From assembly GCA_964291235.2 (NCBI GenBank), contig OZ219815.1, positions 352,001 through 416,000 of the forward strand: a stretch of DNA of 64,000 bases, written 5' to 3'. Below the pieces are notes generated by a model. That model was not told the DNA's origin. It saw only the letters and a program-made list of their open reading frames with translations, and did no database searches. Of this stretch, positions 50,518-59,726 are shown in pieces; positions within the stretch are counted from its first letter, which is position 1; every line of letters begins with the position of its first letter. Both the position numbers and the translations under genes were made by a program. Source of the stretch: Vicinamibacteria bacterium. Lineage in GTDB: Bacteria > Acidobacteriota > Vicinamibacteria > Marinacidobacterales > Marinacidobacteraceae.

Positions 50518-51566
50518 TGACGCGCTACCTGCTCGCGGCCCTGCTGCTCGCCGCCGCCTGCGGCACCGGGACGGACGGCAAGCCCGTCGCGCCCCCCACC
50601 ACCCCGGAGCCGGCACCGGCGCCCGCGCCGCCCGGCATCCCGATCGTACGGCTCGCGGAGCGCGGCCCGGGCTTCCTCGTGTGGGAATGGGACCCGGTGG
50701 AGGGTGCCACCGGCTATCAGGTGGTGGTGTCGCTCGACGACACTCCGGCGTCTGAACGGCCGCCTGCCGAATTCACCGAGGACACAACCTTCCGGGTCGG
50801 CGGGATCGAAGCCGGTGTCCCAATGCGGATCTATGTCCGAGCGATCCGGGAAACTGCCGGAGGACAAGCGGAAGGGTCGTGGTCGCAATACGTTGTTTCC
50901 TGGACCAACGACGACCTCCGCCCATTGATGGCCTGCACCGACCAGAGGGAGCGCGCCCTGATTTTCCGGAGTGGCGAGCCCCAGGTGGTCCGTGAGTGGC
51001 AACCCGACCGCCCGATCCGCTTCCGGGTCGATGCCGGACCCATCATTGAGGGCGGGCTGCGGATTGTCCGTCCCAACTTTCTCGAAGAGGAAATCCTGGG
51101 GCCGCTCCGCGACATGGCCCGGCGCCTCGAAGAACGCTTGGGCTACCCGGTGATGGACCCTGACGCGCTGCCGGGTGGGAACGACTACACGGTGACGGTC
51201 CGCTGGCGGGACCACGTCTGGAGCCCCGGGTGGGGAGAACCGCAATGTCCCGGGCACGTCGGGAGCCCGTGGAACGCGCAGGCGAGCCCGCCAGCGACAT
51301 TTATGAACCGCTATTTCTTCGACCCGGAGATCACCTGTGGCGGTTATGTCGGTCACCGCGATTCCGAAACCATCATCCACGAGTTGGGGCACGTCTTCGG
51401 AATGGACCACGACCCGCGTGTGGACGAACACACCCCCCCGGGGAGCCTCGCCATGAGCGACCCCCTGACTCGGATCATCGGCGGGGATAGCGATGCGTTC
51501 CTGCTGGTCGAGGACCTGGACAACATCGGGTGCGTGTTCCCGCACCCGGACTTCCCGAGGCAGTGA
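50517..51566 (+). CDS. Array gene 4: lipoprotein, FN3 + metzincin protease
   Basis: Same leader and FN3; HELGHVFGMDH; IGCVFP; TGATG overlap. Confidence 0.82.
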   Translation: MTRYLLAALLLAAACGTGTDGKPVAPPTTPEPAPAPAPPGIPIVRLAERGPGFLVWEWDPVEGATGYQVVVSLDDTPASERPPAEFTEDTTFRVGGIEAGVPMRIYVRAIRETAGGQAEGSWSQYVVSWTNDDLRPLMACTDQRERALIFRSGEPQVVREWQPDRPIRFRVDAGPIIEGGLRIVRPNFLEEEILGPLRDMARRLEERLGYPVMDPDALPGGNDYTVTVRWRDHVWSPGWGEPQCPGHVGSPWNAQASPPATFMNRYFFDPEITCGGYVGHRDSETIIHELGHVFGMDHDPRVDEHTPPGSLAMSDPLTRIIGGDSDAFLLVEDLDNIGCVFPHPDFPRQ

Positions 51567-52684
51567 TGCGCTCCGCCGTGCTCGCGGCCCTGCTGCTCGC
51601 CGCCGGCTGCGGCACCGGCACCGACGGCAAGCCCGTCGCGCCCCCCACCACGCCGGAGCCGGCCCCGGCGCCCCCTCCGCCGCCCGAGCCTCCGGGCAAG
51701 CCGACCGGCATCCGGGTCGCGGAGGCCGGCCCCGGCTTCATCCTATGGACCTGGGACCCCGTGGAAGGAGCCACCAGCTACTTGGTGTCGGCATTCCCGG
51801 CTGGCGAAGGTTACCGCCCGGCGGATGCAATCGAGGTGGAGGCACCATTCTTCCGGTTCGACGCACTGGAGCTGGGGTGGTACTGGATCTACCTGCGCGC
51901 CGTCCGGGAGACGGCCGGCGGGCGGGCGGTGGGGCCGTGGTCCGACCGGGGAACGGGCGCAACGGTGCGGAATCCGCTCCCTCCCCATCCGCTCTTCCAG
52001 GACCGGCGCTTCGACCGAACGCTCTGGCAAGAACTGGTGTTCGGGTGGTGGAAATGCCACGACGATCCATCGCGCTGCTCGCCCCCGCTCGAAGCGCGGT
52101 GGACCCTCACTCTCGAACAGCAGCCCAGCGTCTACATCCGAACCCACGACGACGAGGGGCGCCGCACCTTCTCCGATTCCGAGATCGAAACCATCCGCCG
52201 GACAGTCCGCGAAGCCGTCGTAGCTCTGACCGGAAGGCCCTTCCGGGGCGAAGTCCTTTGGGGCGACGCTCCCTTTTCCGAAGAGGGCTGGATTGCGGTC
52301 GTGCAATATCCCGTCAACGAGCATTTCTGTGGGTGGGCCAAGCTGGGCGCGACAGCCGGGTTGGTCCGAGTGGTCGAGACCGTTGGTACTGATGACGGAA
52401 GTGGCTGCGGAAGCTTGTCCTTCCGCGCTCTGGTCCGCCACGAGATCGGACACGCGCTCGGCTTTTCCCACGTCACGGAGACCAGCCACCTTATGAATCC
52501 GAGCCTGGAGGTTTCCAATTTCTCGGCCCCCGAGCGATTGCATGCCCGGCTCGCCTACCAGCTCGGGCGGTGGCATCCCTACGTCGACGACCGGAGCAGC
52601 GTCACCACCACCCGGGAAGTGGCGCCAGACGACTTCGAGCCCGCGGACCCCCAAATCGTCGTCTGTCGGCCCGGGGACTTCTAG
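51566..52684 (+). CDS. Array gene 5: lipoprotein, FN3 + matrixin-like protease
   Basis: Same leader and FN3; HEIGHALGFSH..LMNP Met-turn; TGATG overlap. Confidence 0.82.
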   Translation: MRSAVLAALLLAAGCGTGTDGKPVAPPTTPEPAPAPPPPPEPPGKPTGIRVAEAGPGFILWTWDPVEGATSYLVSAFPAGEGYRPADAIEVEAPFFRFDALELGWYWIYLRAVRETAGGRAVGPWSDRGTGATVRNPLPPHPLFQDRRFDRTLWQELVFGWWKCHDDPSRCSPPLEARWTLTLEQQPSVYIRTHDDEGRRTFSDSEIETIRRTVREAVVALTGRPFRGEVLWGDAPFSEEGWIAVVQYPVNEHFCGWAKLGATAGLVRVVETVGTDDGSGCGSLSFRALVRHEIGHALGFSHVTETSHLMNPSLEVSNFSAPERLHARLAYQLGRWHPYVDDRSSVTTTREVAPDDFEPADPQIVVCRPGDF

Positions 52685-52734
52685 CGCCCCACCCAAAAGC
52701 CCTGCTCCGGCCCTGACGGGCCGCAGGGAGCCTC

Positions 52735-53085
52735 CTACGCGGCCCTGACGCCCTCCCGCGCGGCACCCAGGGCCAGCCGCGCGGCCATCCGGGTCGTCGC
52801 GGTGCCGCAGCATGATCTCCTGGGCCTCGGCGGCGGTGCGGTGCGGCGCTCCCACCAGGCCGGCGCCGGCATCCGGGAAGAAGCGCCGAACATCCGGTCC
52901 AGCTCCGCCGGCCCGCACTCCCTGAATTCCACCCGGTAGTCCACCCGGCCGGGGCGGACCAGCGCCGCGTCCAGGCGCTCGGGGTGGTTCGTGGTCATTA
53001 TCAGCAGCCGCCCGTCGTCGGCGCTGGCGAGCCCGTCGATGGCGTTCAGGAAGGCGCTCATGGTGAGGTCCTTCCTGTCCTTCCC
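52735..53085 (-). pseudogene. C-terminal fragment of a BCS1-like AAA+ ATPase
   Basis: TMSAFLNAIDG, IMTTNHPERLDAALVRPGRVD; no Walker A/B; apparent frameshifts near 52887 and 52789. Confidence 0.7.
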
Positions 53086-53160
53086 CCTAAGTTCCCTGTT
53101 ATAGGCCATTTACAGGGCACTCACGGGAACACCCGACAACGCAAGGGAACCCCAGAAACG

Positions 53161-53245
53161 CGGAGGGGGAGGGATTCGAACCCCCGGACCCTTTCGGGTC
53201 AATGGTTTTCAAGACCACCGCCTTAAGCCGCTCGGCCACCCCTCC
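53161..53245 (-). tRNA. tRNA-Ser(TGA)
   Basis: GGAGGGG acceptor stem, anticodon loop CT-TGA-AA, long variable arm, GGTTCGAATC. Confidence 0.95.
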
Positions 53246-53302
53246 GGTGACGGGATGCCGCCGCCGGGCCCCCACCGGGGAACGGGCGGGGCGGCGCCCT
53301 GC

Positions 53303-54229
53303 TTACTCCGGCTTCGGCAGGGCGTCCAGCATCGCCTGGGCCTGGGCGGCGGCGGCACTGTCCGGCTCGACTTCGATCGCCATCTCGAACTGCTCGGCAG
53401 CCGCTGGGAAATCGCCCATGTTCAGATAGACGATGCCGATCTGGACATACGGTTCCGCCCAGTCGGCCCGGCGATCGGCGGCGATCAGGTAGTACTCGAT
53501 CGCCTTGTCCGTTTCGCCGTTCTGGAATGAGATCTGCGCGACGTTGTAGGGGATGACTTCATCCTCGGTGGAGTCCACCGCCTGCTCCCAATAGCCAAGC
53601 GCTCCGTTCATGTCCGAATCGGCCATCTCCATCTCGCCGAGTGACACCAGGGCCGCCGCATTCTGGGGTTCCTGGTCCAGCACCATCTGGTAGGCCGCCC
53701 GGGCTTCGTCCGGCCGGCTCAGTTCGCGGAGCACCGCCGCGCGGTTGAGGTTGATCTGGTACACGGTCGGGTCGGCCGCCAGGAGTTCGTCGTACTTGAC
53801 GAGCGCCTCGTCGAAGCGGCCTGCCTGATGGAGTTCTTGCGCCTCCGCCAGGATGCCGCCTCCAGTCCCCGCGGAACTGCCCATCTGGGCGCGCTCGAGG
53901 ATCAGATCCATGTCGGGGTTCTTCCCCGCCTGCCGCATCGGGGCCTGGTAGTTGTAGGGCATGAACCCGGACGCCTGAGCCGAGAAGTCGTAGGCGCGAG
54001 ACCGGAACCCAAGGATCGCCCAGCGGCCACGACTGTCCGTGGTCGCCTCGAGAACGCGTCCCGAGTCCCCTGCCTGGGCGGTTACGGTCGCACCCTCGAT
54101 CGGGTTTCCGTCCTGATCCTTGACGGTTCCGGCTACACGACCGGTGCCCATCTGAGCGAGCGCCAACTGGGTGACGAACAGCAAACCGGTCGCAACGAGT
54201 ACGGCCTTGAAAGCGGTGTTTTTTCTCAT
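53303..54229 (-). CDS. Carboxypeptidase-regulatory-like domain + TPR protein, secreted
   Basis: Signal peptide, [16 protein letters not shown], several TPRs; SD AAGGAG. Confidence 0.85.
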   Translation of the reverse strand: MRKNTAFKAVLVATGLLFVTQLALAQMGTGRVAGTVKDQDGNPIEGATVTAQAGDSGRVLEATTDSRGRWAILGFRSRAYDFSAQASGFMPYNYQAPMRQAGKNPDMDLILERAQMGSSAGTGGGILAEAQELHQAGRFDEALVKYDELLAADPTVYQINLNRAAVLRELSRPDEARAAYQMVLDQEPQNAAALVSLGEMEMADSDMNGALGYWEQAVDSTEDEVIPYNVAQISFQNGETDKAIEYYLIAADRRADWAEPYVQIGIVYLNMGDFPAAAEQFEMAIEVEPDSAAAAQAQAMLDALPKPE

Positions 54230-54297
54230 CGGAGATCTCCTTCGCCTCCGGGCTCGGGGCCTCCTTCGGACCGGCGCCCCTTCCGCCCAAATCCGGC

Positions 54298-54371
54298 TGG
54301 CTGGGAAGCAGGGACTCGAACCCCGATTCCACGGTCCAGAGCCGTGTGTCCTGCCATTGGACGACTTCCCA
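54298..54371 (-). tRNA. tRNA-Gln(CTG)
   Basis: TGGGAAG acceptor stem, CT-CTG-GA loop, GGTTCGAGTCC, encoded CCA. Confidence 0.95.
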
Positions 54372-54563
54372 GTGTTGCGGGAACACATGAGGATAGCACT
54401 CCGGGTCGAGCGGTTCGTGACCGGGGCGTTCGATCCCGCAGGCGGCCACAACCCATCGGAAGCGGGCCGGGGCAAGACCCCGATCACGAACCACCGGGCC
54501 AACCGGCGGGCGGCAAGATACGATCCCCTGCCCGGCGGCGAAACTTTGCCTGAAGCGGGCGCT

Positions 54564-54653
54564 GGAGAGGTGCTGGAGTGGCTGAACAGGGCTGCCTGCT
54601 AAGCAGTTGCGCGGGATTCCGCGCCGAGGGTTCGAATCCCTCCCTCTCCGCCA
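54564..54653 (+). tRNA. tRNA-Ser(GCT)
   Basis: GGAGAGG acceptor stem, CT-GCT-AA loop, long variable arm, GGTTCGAATCC, encoded CCA. Confidence 0.95.
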
Positions 54654-57517
54654 CGCCGCCGGACCGTCGCCTCCGGTTCGCGGCGGCCGCGTTCGCCGCG
54701 TGGATCGCCGCGTCGCCCGTTCCTGGAGCCGCGCAACCGACCGGCGGGGTGGATGGCGTCGTACTCGACGCTACGGGCGGGGTCCTTCCGGGCGCCCGGG
54801 TGTCCCTGGTGCTGGTCGGACGGGGGATCCGGCGCGAACAGGCGGCCGGACCGTCGGGGCGGTTCGGCTTTGCCGGACTTCAGCCCGGCGCCTGGAGCAT
54901 CACCGCCGCGCATCCCGGATTTCAGGACTCACCGCCCGCCGAGATCGTGGTGGACGCCGGGTCGGTCGTCGAAGTCCGGCTGCAGCTCGCGCTCTCCGGA
55001 ATCACCGAAAGCGTCGCCGCCGTCTCACGCCGGGCCCTTGATCCGAGGAGCAGCGGCGTCCGGGAGACGGTGGATCGGCCCGTCCTCGAGGATCTGCCCA
55101 ACACCCGTGACATCTGGACCGTCCTGGAGCAGACCCCCGGAATCATGATGTCCAAGATCAACGTGGGCGGCGCCGAGAGCGGCCAGCAGTCCCTCTTCTC
55201 GGCCGCGGGTTCCGCCTGGACGCAGAATCAGTACTACCTGAACGGCGTGAACGTCACGGATCCCGCCGCGATGGGAGCCAGCATTGCCTACTACTCGTTT
55301 GACAGCTTCGCGGAGGTGGAGGTTTCGACGGCGGGGCACCGCGCTGAAATCCAGACCCCGGGCGTCTTCTTGAACATCATCACCCGGAGGGGCACGAACC
55401 GGTTCGCGGGCAGCGGCAGCTTCTTCTATGAACACGAGCGCTTCCAGGCCCAGAATCTCGACGACGCCCTTCGCGCCCGGGGGGTCGGCCAGGCCAACCG
55501 CCTCAAGGCGCTGTTCGACGGGAGCGCGGAACTCGGCGGTCCTCTGCAGCGCGACCGCGCCTGGTTCTATCTCAACTATTCGCGCTTCCGCGTAGAACCC
55601 TTCCTCCCGGGATTCTTCTTCGAAGATGGCCAGCCCGGCGTGGACCTCACCGAACTCGAGAACCTCCTCGGAAGAGCAAGCCTCAAGGTGGCCGAGGGTC
55701 ACGAAATCGGAGTGTTCTTCTACCGCAACGGCAAGTACCGGCCGTACCGCGGGGCGAGCCTTTTCCGGCCTCGACCGGAGACGACGTTCCACCAGGACTC
55801 GGTAGCGGCGCTCGGGCAGATCTCCTGGTCCGGTGTGTTTGGAGAATCGCTGCTCGTGGAGGCCCGCACCAGCCGCCTCGATCTCTACTTTCCCTACGGG
55901 CAACAGCCCGATCGGGCACCCGACGTCTCACGGTGGGAGCTCAACACCGGCATCTGGTACGGGGGCTCGGGCACGAACACGATCTACGAGCGCGACCGGT
56001 GGCAGGGAAACGCCACCGCCACGCTCTTCCGGGACGGACTCTTCGGCGGGACGAACGAATTCAAGGTGGGCCTCGAAACCACCCTCAACCCGAGCCGCAC
56101 GACCCATGATCTGCACGGCGGAATCGTCTATATCCACGACCGCGTGCGGCCCATCGAGGTCACCGTCTATAACGACCCCGTCGCGGTCCGGAATTTCACC
56201 CGGAACATCGGCCTGTTCGTTCAGGACAGCCTGGTCCGCGGACCGCTGGTGCTGGAGATCGGCCTTCGCGCCGACTGGTGGGGAGCCGGCTACCCGGATC
56301 AGGAGAACCCCCCGGGCGCCTGGGAACAGGCGTTCGAACGCTTCGGGATCCCCCGGCAGACGGCCGGCGACGGGACCCTCGTGTCCTGGCTGGGCATCGC
56401 CCCGCGCTTCGGCGTCAACTACCGCCTCACGGCCGACGGCCGGACGCAGGTCCGGTTCAGCGCCGGGCGCTACCTCCACCAAATGGGTCTGAACGTACCC
56501 GGTTACGGGAATCCCAATGCTCGGGCGTCCGCCAGGTTCCGCTTCGATGACCGCAACTTCAATGCCGTCGTGGATGACGGTGAAGTGGACTTTTCCGAAC
56601 CGCTCAGGGTGTTCATTCCGGTGAGGAACGAGGTCGATCCGGACCTGCGCCAACCGGTTACGGACGAGCTGACCCTCGGGCTCCACCGCGAGATCCCCTA
56701 CGGGATCACGGTCGGCCTCACGGGCATTCTCCGGCGCGAGCGAAATCTCCTCGAAGACACCGACATCGGCGTCCCCGAAAGCGCCTGGCGGCCGGCGCCT
56801 CATCTCGATCCGGGCCGGGACTTCGTCCGGGGCAGCGGGGACGATGTCCCCGTCACCCTCTGGCTCCAGGACCCGGGGACCCTGGGGCACAGCCGCTACC
56901 GGCTGTACAACCCGGGCATCGGGTCCAGCTATCAGGGACTCATCCTGGAAGCCCGGAAGCGCTATGCGGGCGGCTGGCAGCTCCTGGCCTCGGTCACCGT
57001 GAGCCGTTCGATCGGCTGGCTGCCGGGTCCGGGCGACCAGATCGACGAGGGCGCCGGATTCCCCGGCCCGCTCCTCGACAACCCGAACCACCAGGAGCTG
57101 CACGAGGGCCCGACGTTCTGGGATCGGCCCTTCATCGCCCGGTTATCGGGGAGCTACCGCCTCCCCTGGGGCTTTGCCGCGGCAGGTTCTCTCCGCGCCC
57201 ATTCCGGCTGGCCCAACTACCGGTCCGTCATCTTCACCGAAACGCTGGAGGGGGAGCCGCTTCCCCAGGGCAGCACCGAGGTCATCGTCGAACCGCCGGG
57301 TGCGGCGCGGTCGCCGGCGGTGCCCCTGCTGGATCTGCGTCTCGACCACCGTCTCGACCTGCCGGGAGACGGCGAGCTCTCGACGTATCTGGACGTGTTC
57401 AACGCGCTCAACCTGAACAACGTGGTGGGCGAGGGCTCCCGGGACGATTCCTTCGGCGCCGTGGTCGGCATCCTGCCGCCCCGGGTGGCGCGGGTGGGTG
57501 TCCGGTTGCGTTTCTGA
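54653..57517 (+). CDS. TonB-dependent receptor (Oar-like) with carboxypeptidase-like N-domain; start uncertain
   Basis: G.V.D..G.VLPGA.V, plug-like region, PRFG..Y, PRVARVGVRLRF C-terminus. Confidence 0.85.
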   Translation, partial: TPPDRRLRFAAAAFAAWIAASPVPGAAQPTGGVDGVVLDATGGVLPGARVSLVLVGRGIRREQAAGPSGRFGFAGLQPGAWSITAAHPGFQDSPPAEIVVDAGSVVEVRLQLALSGITESVAAVSRRALDPRSSGVRETVDRPVLEDLPNTRDIWTVLEQTPGIMMSKINVGGAESGQQSLFSAAGSAWTQNQYYLNGVNVTDPAAMGASIAYYSFDSFAEVEVSTAGHRAEIQTPGVFLNIITRRGTNRFAGSGSFFYEHERFQAQNLDDALRARGVGQANRLKALFDGSAELGGPLQRDRAWFYLNYSRFRVEPFLPGFFFEDGQPGVDLTELENLLGRASLKVAEGHEIGVFFYRNGKYRPYRGASLFRPRPETTFHQDSVAALGQISWSGVFGESLLVEARTSRLDLYFPYGQQPDRAPDVSRWELNTGIWYGGSGTNTIYERDRWQGNATATLFRDGLFGGTNEFKVGLETTLNPSRTTHDLHGGIVYIHDRVRPIEVTVYNDPVAVRNFTRNIGLFVQDSLVRGPLVLEIGLRADWWGAGYPDQENPPGAWEQAFERFGIPRQTAGDGTLVSWLGIAPRFGVNYRLTADGRTQVRFSAGRYLHQMGLNVPGYGNPNARASARFRFDDRNFNAVVDDGEVDFSEPLRVFIPVRNEVDPDLRQPVTDELTLGLHREIPYGITVGLTGILRRERNLLEDTDIGVPESAWRPAPHLDPGRDFVRGSGDDVPVTLWLQDPGTLGHSRYRLYNPGIGSSYQGLILEARKRYAGGWQLLASVTVSRSIGWLPGPGDQIDEGAGFPGPLLDNPNHQELHEGPTFWDRPFIARLSGSYRLPWGFAAAGSLRAHSGWPNYRSVIFTETLEGEPLPQGSTEVIVEPPGAARSPAVPLLDLRLDHRLDLPGDGELSTYLDVFNALNLNNVVGEGSRDDSFGAVVGILPPRVARVGVRLRF

Positions 57518-57577
57518 GGCCGGCCGGGCCGGCGGCGCCAAACGGCCCGGTGAAAGCGCGTCACCGCGCCCGGATCG

Positions 57578-59713
57578 TCAGTTGCGCTGCGGGGAGCCCG
57601 CGCTGATCTCCGCGAGACGTTCCCGGAGGGCCGGCTGCTCGGGGTTCAACTCGAGCGAACGCTGGAGCATGGTGCGCGCCTCGTCGAGACGTCCGAGTTG
57701 GGCGTAGGCGTCACCGAGGACGTTCAGAAACCCGAACCCCGGGGTGCGGAGCCCGATGGCCCGTTCCAATTCGGTCACGCTCTCCTCGTATCGCCCCTGG
57801 AAGTAGCGGACGAAGCCCATCCCGCTGGCTACCTCGAAGACTTCGGGGAACTCCTCGACCATGGGCTCGAGCAGGGCCGCGGCTTCGGCGATCCGACTCG
57901 TCTGCACATAGCCGTGAGCAAGCTTCCAGCGGGCTGCCACCAACTGCGGATTCCCGGAGGCGACGGCGAGCTCGTACTCGCGAAGCGCTTCCTCGAAGCG
58001 GGAGAGCGTCAGGAATTGATCTCCCCGGACGAGCGACAGGAGCCCCGGCGTTTCCGGGTTGAAACCCCGTCGATACACGAACCCGGACCGGGGAACCCCG
58101 GTGCGGGGGGAGACCTGGATTCGCCGGTCTCGCTGATCCAGCAAGGTTCCGCCGGCGTCTTCCAGCCGGGCGCGCAACCAGTAGCTCCCGCCGACCCCGA
58201 GGTCCAGCGGCAACCGGCCCAGGACCGCCCCCACTTCCGGAACCGCCACGGTCAGTTCGCCCACCGGTGCTCCGTCCGGGCTGCCGGAAACATCGGCGAG
58301 CAGTTGGAAGCGCAGTTGCTGCCCCTCCTCGGGATCGAGCACGTGCCCGAGCGCGAAGAGCGTGTTCCCCAGGGCAAAAAGGCCGTCCGCCGCCGGCTGG
58401 ATGCGGACGCTACCGACCTGAAACGTCCGGATGGCGTCGGGAGTCGGCGTCTGGGCCAGATCCGTGCCGTCGAAACCGGCGATGATGCCAGCGATCCGGG
58501 ATGACCCCGCCTCGGCGCCCAGGCGCGTCGTGTCGATCGTCGTCTCCGCCACGGTGAACTGCTGGGCGGCGCGGTTGCGCACGATCACGCTCAGGTCGTA
58601 CTTGCCGGGCAACAGCGGCACGCTGTCCTGATAGGCGAACGGCGACGCCTGCACCTCCTCGACCTGGGCTCGCGTGAGTTCCAGGTAGGCGGGGCGGTCC
58701 AGCGCCAGCACGGTGACCTCGTCCTCGTTCACCGCTTCGACGGAAATGTCGAGGGTCGTGTAGAACTTCGTCTGGTCCTCGTCGGTCTCGAGGGTGAAGT
58801 TCTGCGGATCGATCTCGACGCTGTAGTGGATGAAGGGAGTCCCCAGAGGTCCCCCCGTGATTCCGAACACCCCTCGGCTCGGGACGAAGTTGAAGGAGTA
58901 GTCGGCCGAGACCCGATCGCGGTAGCGAAGCCAGGCATCGGCGTAGTCGGTGCGGATGGCGCGCCGGGGCGAGTCCTCGACCCGCGCGATCAGGAGGTCG
59001 CTCGACAGCGAAGCCCTGCCCGTGTTCCAGTCCCCTGGTTCCGAGGGATCGAGCGAGAGCGAGGCATTTGCGAGTTCCGCGTCGATACGCTGCAGGGTCT
59101 GGTAGGCCTGGACGCTGCCCTCGGGGCCGGGGCCCTGCGTGTACTGCCCCCGCACCAGGGACTGGGGACCGTCCACCACCGGGTGGTAGAGCCGGTACTC
59201 CCCGATGTCGTGACGCTTGAAGAAGACCAGATAGAAGAACGACGGCAGACCCTTCGACACATCGCCCTGGTAGAACCAGAGTTCGCTCGAGACCACCTCG
59301 TTGTAGCCGTCGAAAGAGTGCCGCTCGCGAGGCTCACCGAGGAGGATGTAGTAGCGGCCCCGGTCCGTCCGCCAGCCCGCGCGGAAGGTGTCCCGGCCGA
59401 GGAACTTGTTGGCGTACTCGATCCGGCTGTAGTGCTCGTCCTTGAACTCGTTCTCGAGCGTCGCCGGATACGGATCGCGCTTGTCCCAGAAGACCTCGAT
59501 GAAGCGGTTTCGTTCCTCGAGGGTCTCGAGGCTGAGAAACACGTCCTCCTCGCGGTCGGTGATGATGTACACCACCTCTTCCTCGAGCCAGGTGCGGTGG
59601 TCCTCCCGCAGACGCTCGATCCTCTCGCCGCGGCTGAGTTCCTCCTGCGCCGCCGCACCCATCACGGGAAGACCCGCGAGCAGCAGGGCCAGCGGGAGAC
59701 TTCGTTTTGCCAT
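57578..59713 (-). CDS. GWxTD domain protein with C-terminal TPRs
   Basis: V.YIIT..E, FW..RDP, GWRTDRGRYYILLG.P; TPR C-terminus. Confidence 0.9.
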   Translation of the reverse strand: MAKRSLPLALLLAGLPVMGAAAQEELSRGERIERLREDHRTWLEEEVVYIITDREEDVFLSLETLEERNRFIEVFWDKRDPYPATLENEFKDEHYSRIEYANKFLGRDTFRAGWRTDRGRYYILLGEPRERHSFDGYNEVVSSELWFYQGDVSKGLPSFFYLVFFKRHDIGEYRLYHPVVDGPQSLVRGQYTQGPGPEGSVQAYQTLQRIDAELANASLSLDPSEPGDWNTGRASLSSDLLIARVEDSPRRAIRTDYADAWLRYRDRVSADYSFNFVPSRGVFGITGGPLGTPFIHYSVEIDPQNFTLETDEDQTKFYTTLDISVEAVNEDEVTVLALDRPAYLELTRAQVEEVQASPFAYQDSVPLLPGKYDLSVIVRNRAAQQFTVAETTIDTTRLGAEAGSSRIAGIIAGFDGTDLAQTPTPDAIRTFQVGSVRIQPAADGLFALGNTLFALGHVLDPEEGQQLRFQLLADVSGSPDGAPVGELTVAVPEVGAVLGRLPLDLGVGGSYWLRARLEDAGGTLLDQRDRRIQVSPRTGVPRSGFVYRRGFNPETPGLLSLVRGDQFLTLSRFEEALREYELAVASGNPQLVAARWKLAHGYVQTSRIAEAAALLEPMVEEFPEVFEVASGMGFVRYFQGRYEESVTELERAIGLRTPGFGFLNVLGDAYAQLGRLDEARTMLQRSLELNPEQPALRERLAEISAGSPQRN

Positions 59714-59726
59714 CGGGAACACGTTC

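Larger units (their letters stand above)
43129..53181. mobile_element. Candidate degenerate genomic island at the 3' end of tRNA-Ser(TGA); no integrase seen
   Basis: GAGGGGGAGGGA..GAAC at 43132-43150 repeats the tRNA 3' end at 53163-53181; accessory genes and a truncated gene lie in between. Confidence 0.5.

Noticed and set aside
44864-52684. Diversity-generating retroelement TR/VR pair
   Set aside because: No reverse transcriptase in the window; repeat differences are in-frame, mostly synonymous and not adenine-specific
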